This document shows positions 60,316-64,000 of a stretch of DNA of 64,000 nucleotides, piece by piece. The notes below the pieces were generated by a model. The model made no database searches. It worked only from the letters and a program-made list of their open reading frames with translations, and was not told the origin of the DNA. A program made the position numbers and the translations under genes. Source of the stretch: Pusillimonas sp. (GTDB taxonomy: Bacteria; Pseudomonadota; Gammaproteobacteria; Burkholderiales; Burkholderiaceae_B). How positions within the stretch are numbered: position 1 is the first letter of the stretch; each line of letters starts with the position of its first letter. The stretch is taken from assembly GCA_048270225.1 (NCBI GenBank), contig JBLWTG010000004.1:86452-150451 (forward strand), given 5' to 3'.

Positions 60316-61326
60316 ATGACTATTCGCGTAGCGATCAACGGGTACGGCCGCATTGGCCGCAATATCTTGCGTGCGCACTATGAAGACGGCAAGAAGCACG
60401 ATATCGAAATTGTGGCGATCAACGATCTTGGCGATCCCAAGACCAACGCACACCTCACCCGCTTTGATACGGCCCATGGCAAGTTCCCCGGCACCGTCAC
60501 GGTCGACGGCGACTACATGGTTGTCAATGGCGACCGCATTCGCGTGCTGGCCGATCGCAACCCGGCAGCGTTGCCCTGGGGCGAGCTTAACGTGGACGTC
60601 GTGCTCGAGTGCACCGGCTTTTTCGCCAGCAAGGAAAAAGCCAGCGCCCACCTGCAAGGCGGCGCCAAGAAAGTCATTATCTCCGCACCGGGCGGCAAAG
60701 ACGTCGATGCCACCATCGTGTACGGCGTGAACCACAACGTGCTCAAGTCCAGCGACACGGTGATCTCGAACGCATCGTGCACCACCAACTGCCTGGCGCC
60801 GCTGGTCCAGCCCCTGCATCAGGAGCTGGGCGTGCTCAACGGCCTGATGACGACGGTCCACGCCTACACCAACGATCAGGTGCTGACCGACGTTTATCAC
60901 TCCGACCTGCGTCGCGCGCGTTCGGCAACGCACAGCATGATTCCCACCAAGACCGGTGCTGCTGCGGCGGTAGGCCTGGTGCTGCCTGAGCTCAACGGCA
61001 AGCTCGATGGCTATTCCATCCGTGTTCCGACCATCAACGTTTCCATCGTCGACCTTTCCTTCGTGTCGGCCCGTGAGACCACGGTCGAGGAAGTCAACGG
61101 CATCCTCAAGGCGGCATCCGAGGGTGCGCTCAAGGGCATTCTGAACTTCAACGAAGAGCCGCTGGTGTCGGTCGACTACAACCACGACCCTGCCTCCAGC
61201 ACTGTCGATGCCGCGCTGACCAAAGTGTCTGGCTCTCTGGTGAAGGTGTCCTCCTGGTACGACAACGAGTGGGGCTTCTCCAACCGTATGCTGGATACCA
61301 CGGTTGCGTTGATGGCGGCCAAGTAA
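60316..61326 (+). CDS. gap: Glyceraldehyde-3-phosphate dehydrogenase type I
   Basis: [29 protein letters not shown]. Confidence 0.98.
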   Translation: MTIRVAINGYGRIGRNILRAHYEDGKKHDIEIVAINDLGDPKTNAHLTRFDTAHGKFPGTVTVDGDYMVVNGDRIRVLADRNPAALPWGELNVDVVLECTGFFASKEKASAHLQGGAKKVIISAPGGKDVDATIVYGVNHNVLKSSDTVISNASCTTNCLAPLVQPLHQELGVLNGLMTTVHAYTNDQVLTDVYHSDLRRARSATHSMIPTKTGAAAAVGLVLPELNGKLDGYSIRVPTINVSIVDLSFVSARETTVEEVNGILKAASEGALKGILNFNEEPLVSVDYNHDPASSTVDAALTKVSGSLVKVSSWYDNEWGFSNRMLDTTVALMAAK

Positions 61327-61343
61327 GCCGTATTGTTGCAAGA

Positions 61344-61370
61344 TCAAGGGCGGGTGCATCCCGCCCTTGA
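61344..61370. terminator. 11-bp hairpin between gap and pgk (terminator/stabiliser)
   Basis: TCAAGGGCGGG-TGCAT-CCCGCCCTTGA. Confidence 0.5.
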
Positions 61371-61503
61371 CGTATCTGTTTCGTGTGCCGGCAGCCCCGC
61401 ATGGCTGCATCTCCCGCCAGCCGGACTGCGCGGGATGCTGGGCTTATCCGGTGTGGCGGCCGGGTTGTCGGCGCTTATCTGTACAGACTGGAAGCTCCCG
61501 CTT

Positions 61504-62697
61504 ATGACTACTGTAAAAACTCTCACCTCCCTGGCCAAGTCCGATGCCCTGGCAGGCAAACGCGTTTTCATCCGCTCCGACCTGAACGTGCCGCTCAAAG
61601 ACGGCAAGATCACGGAAGACACCCGTGTGCGCGCGTCAGTGCCCGCCATCCGCATGGCGTTGAACGCCGGCGCCTCGGTGATGGTGACCTCGCATCTTGG
61701 GCGACCCACCGAGGGCACGGTCGGCCCTGAAGACACGCTGGCGCCTGTGGGCCGGCGTCTGTCCGAGCTGCTGGGCCAGCCGGTCACGCTGGTTGCTGAC
61801 TGGGTGGATGGCGTCACTACCTCGCCTGGCCAGGTTGTCCTGCTGGAGAACTGCCGCTGCAATGTGGGCGAAAAGAAAAACGACCCCGAGCTTTCCAAAA
61901 AAATGGCGGCGCTGTGCGACGTCTATGTGAATGATGCCTTCGGCACCGCGCATCGGGCTGAGGCAACCACATACGGTATTGCGCAATATGCGCCCGTCGC
62001 ATGCGCGGGCCCCTTGCTCGAGGCAGAGCTGGACGCGCTGGGCCGTGCCCTGCACGAGCCCAAGCGCCCTCTGGTGGCGATCGTGGGCGGCTCCAAGGTG
62101 TCGACCAAACTGTCCATTCTGCAGGCGCTGGCCGACAAGGTCGACCAGTTGGTGGTGGGCGGCGGCATTGCCAACACATTCATGCTGGCGGCAGGCCTGT
62201 CGATCGGCAAGTCTCTGGCGGAGGCCGATCAGGTCGACCAGGCGCGCGCCGTCATCGATATCATGAGCAAGCGCGGCGCCGGGGTGCCGATTCCGGTGGA
62301 CGTGGTATGCGCCAAATCGTTCAGCGCGGATGCCGAGGCGACCGTCAAGGCGGCAGACGAAGTGGCCGAGGACGACATGATTCTGGATATCGGCCCCAAG
62401 ACGGCGCAACAGTTGGCCGGGATTCTCGCCAAGGCGGGCACGATTGTCTGGAACGGCCCGGTGGGCGTGTTCGAGTTCGACGCGTTTGCGCAGGGCACCC
62501 AGGTGGTGTCCCGGGCCATTGCCGATTCGCAGGGATTTTCGATTGCAGGCGGCGGCGATACGCTTGCGGCCATTGCCAAGTATCATATCGAAGACAAAAT
62601 CGGATATATCTCAACCGGCGGCGGGGCTTTCCTGGAATTTCTCGAAGGCCGCACGCTGCCTGCGGTGGATATTCTTCAGCAGCGCGCCCAGGCCTGA
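61504..62697 (+). CDS. pgk: Phosphoglycerate kinase
   Basis: [34 protein letters not shown]. Confidence 0.98.
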   Translation: MTTVKTLTSLAKSDALAGKRVFIRSDLNVPLKDGKITEDTRVRASVPAIRMALNAGASVMVTSHLGRPTEGTVGPEDTLAPVGRRLSELLGQPVTLVADWVDGVTTSPGQVVLLENCRCNVGEKKNDPELSKKMAALCDVYVNDAFGTAHRAEATTYGIAQYAPVACAGPLLEAELDALGRALHEPKRPLVAIVGGSKVSTKLSILQALADKVDQLVVGGGIANTFMLAAGLSIGKSLAEADQVDQARAVIDIMSKRGAGVPIPVDVVCAKSFSADAEATVKAADEVAEDDMILDIGPKTAQQLAGILAKAGTIVWNGPVGVFEFDAFAQGTQVVSRAIADSQGFSIAGGGDTLAAIAKYHIEDKIGYISTGGGAFLEFLEGRTLPAVDILQQRAQA

Positions 62698-62711
62698 TTG
62701 CGGGGCTGGCG

Positions 62712-62758
62712 CGGCAGGGTGGCCGGGGTTGAGGCAGGCTCCGGCCACCTGCCGTTTG
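62712..62758 (+). terminator. GC-rich hairpin after pgk, probable terminator
   Basis: CGGCAGGGTGGCCGG...CCGGCCACCTGCCG followed by TTT. Confidence 0.5.
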
Positions 62759-62822
62759 CGCGGTGCGCATTCACACCTGCGAGTCACCCGACGACAGGGC
62801 GTATCCAGGAGGAGACAGGGCT

Positions 62823-64000
62823 ATGATTTACAAGAACTTCATCGGCAACCAGTGGGTAAGCGCCATGTCCGGCCAGACGCTGGCGGTGCTGGATCCATCC
62901 GACGGAAAGCTGTACGGCGAGATTGCACGATCGGGCGATGTGGATATCGACGCCGCCGTGCGCGCGGCGCGTGGCGCCTATGACGGCGCCTGGGGCCGGA
63001 TGGCGCCGGCCGAGCGCAGCCGCCTGCTGTGGCGCCTGAGTGCGGCCATTCTCGAGCACAAGGACGAACTGGCCAGGCTGGAATCGCGCGACACCGGCAA
63101 GCCGATGCGGCAGGCCAGTGCCGATGCCGCGGCGCTGGCGCGTTACTTCGAGTTCTACGCCGGGGCAGTGGACAAGCTGCACGGCGCGACCATTCCCTAT
63201 CCGGATAATTTTACGGTACTCACTGTGCGCGAACCGCATGGTGTTACAGGTCACATCGTGCCCTGGAACTATCCGCTGCAGATCTTCGGGCGCAGTGTCG
63301 GCGCCGCGCTGGCGGCGGGCAATGCCTGCGTGGTCAAGCCGGCCGAGGATGCCTGCGTGTCCTTGCTGAGAGTGGCGGAAATTGCCATGGACGTCGGCCT
63401 GCCGGCAGGCGTACTCAATATCTGCACGGGCCTGGGCATGGAGGCGGGCGCGGCGCTGTCGGCGCATCCTGGCATCGACCATATTTCCTTTACCGGCTCG
63501 CCCCAGACGGGCAAGCAGGTGGCGATGGCGGCGGCGGCGCATTATGCGCCCGTCACGCTTGAGCTGGGCGGCAAGTCGCCGCAGATTGTGTTTTCGGATG
63601 CGGACATCGAGTCGGCGCTGCCGGTGTGGCTGAATGCCATCCTCCAGAATGCGGGGCAGACCTGCTCGGCCGGCAGCCGCCTGCTGGTGCAGCGCGCTGT
63701 GTACACGGATGTGCTGGCGCGCCTGTCCGCCCTGTTCGAGGCAACCCGCACGGGTCCGGCGGGCGACGACCCCGATTGCGGCCCGCTGATCAGTGCGCGC
63801 CAGCTTGAACGGGTGCAGGGCTATCTGGGCATGGCCGACAGCGCCGGCATCACGGTCGCCGCGCAGGGCAGGCTGGACGCCAATGCGCCCAAGGGCGGGT
63901 TTTACCAGGTACCCACGCTGCTGCGCGATGTGCCGCCGGGCCATGCGCTGGCCCAGGAAGAAATCTTCGGTCCGGTGCTGGCCGCCATTCCCTTTGACAC
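62823..64000 (+). CDS. Aldehyde dehydrogenase family protein (truncated at window end)
   Basis: Translated by hand from ATG 62823: IVPWNYP, VVKPAE, FTGS, LELGGKSP, QNAGQTCSAGSRL. Absent from the ORF track because it has no stop in the window. Confidence 0.93.
   Translation, partial: MIYKNFIGNQWVSAMSGQTLAVLDPSDGKLYGEIARSGDVDIDAAVRAARGAYDGAWGRMAPAERSRLLWRLSAAILEHKDELARLESRDTGKPMRQASADAAALARYFEFYAGAVDKLHGATIPYPDNFTVLTVREPHGVTGHIVPWNYPLQIFGRSVGAALAAGNACVVKPAEDACVSLLRVAEIAMDVGLPAGVLNICTGLGMEAGAALSAHPGIDHISFTGSPQTGKQVAMAAAAHYAPVTLELGGKSPQIVFSDADIESALPVWLNAILQNAGQTCSAGSRLLVQRAVYTDVLARLSALFEATRTGPAGDDPDCGPLISARQLERVQGYLGMADSAGITVAAQGRLDANAPKGGFYQVPTLLRDVPPGHALAQEEIFGPVLAAIPFD

Overview
High-GC betaproteobacterial chromosome segment; gene content and order are consistent with Alcaligenaceae (inference). 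The left ~28 kb looks accessory. It holds a four-gene DUF3348/DUF802/OmpA/DUF2894 operon matching the Zorya type III anti-phage layout, a repeat-rich spacer, a LysR regulator and three large exported WG-repeat proteins, one fused to an LprI/DUF1311-like domain. It also holds two other exported proteins of unknown function, a tightly coupled 7-gene lipid/secondary-metabolite operon (FabH-like, SDR, MBL hydrolase, F390/PaaK-like ligase, PAP2, desaturase/hydroxylase, 832-aa membrane protein) and an SLT gene, and it ends at a tRNA Ala-Glu-Asp cluster. The right ~35 kb is mostly core genes (lnt-corC-ybeY-phoH-miaB, queA-tgt-yajC-secDF, dacB, upp, ubiD, maeB, rsmE, tkt-gap-pgk, aldehyde dehydrogenase). 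It is interrupted by a Mo sulfite dehydrogenase/cytochrome c pair, a HigBA toxin-antitoxin module and a ~870-bp nested inverted-repeat element upstream of tkt, whose hairpins show compensatory base changes around an invariant CACTATCT loop. All family calls come from motif recognition by eye; no database searches were run.
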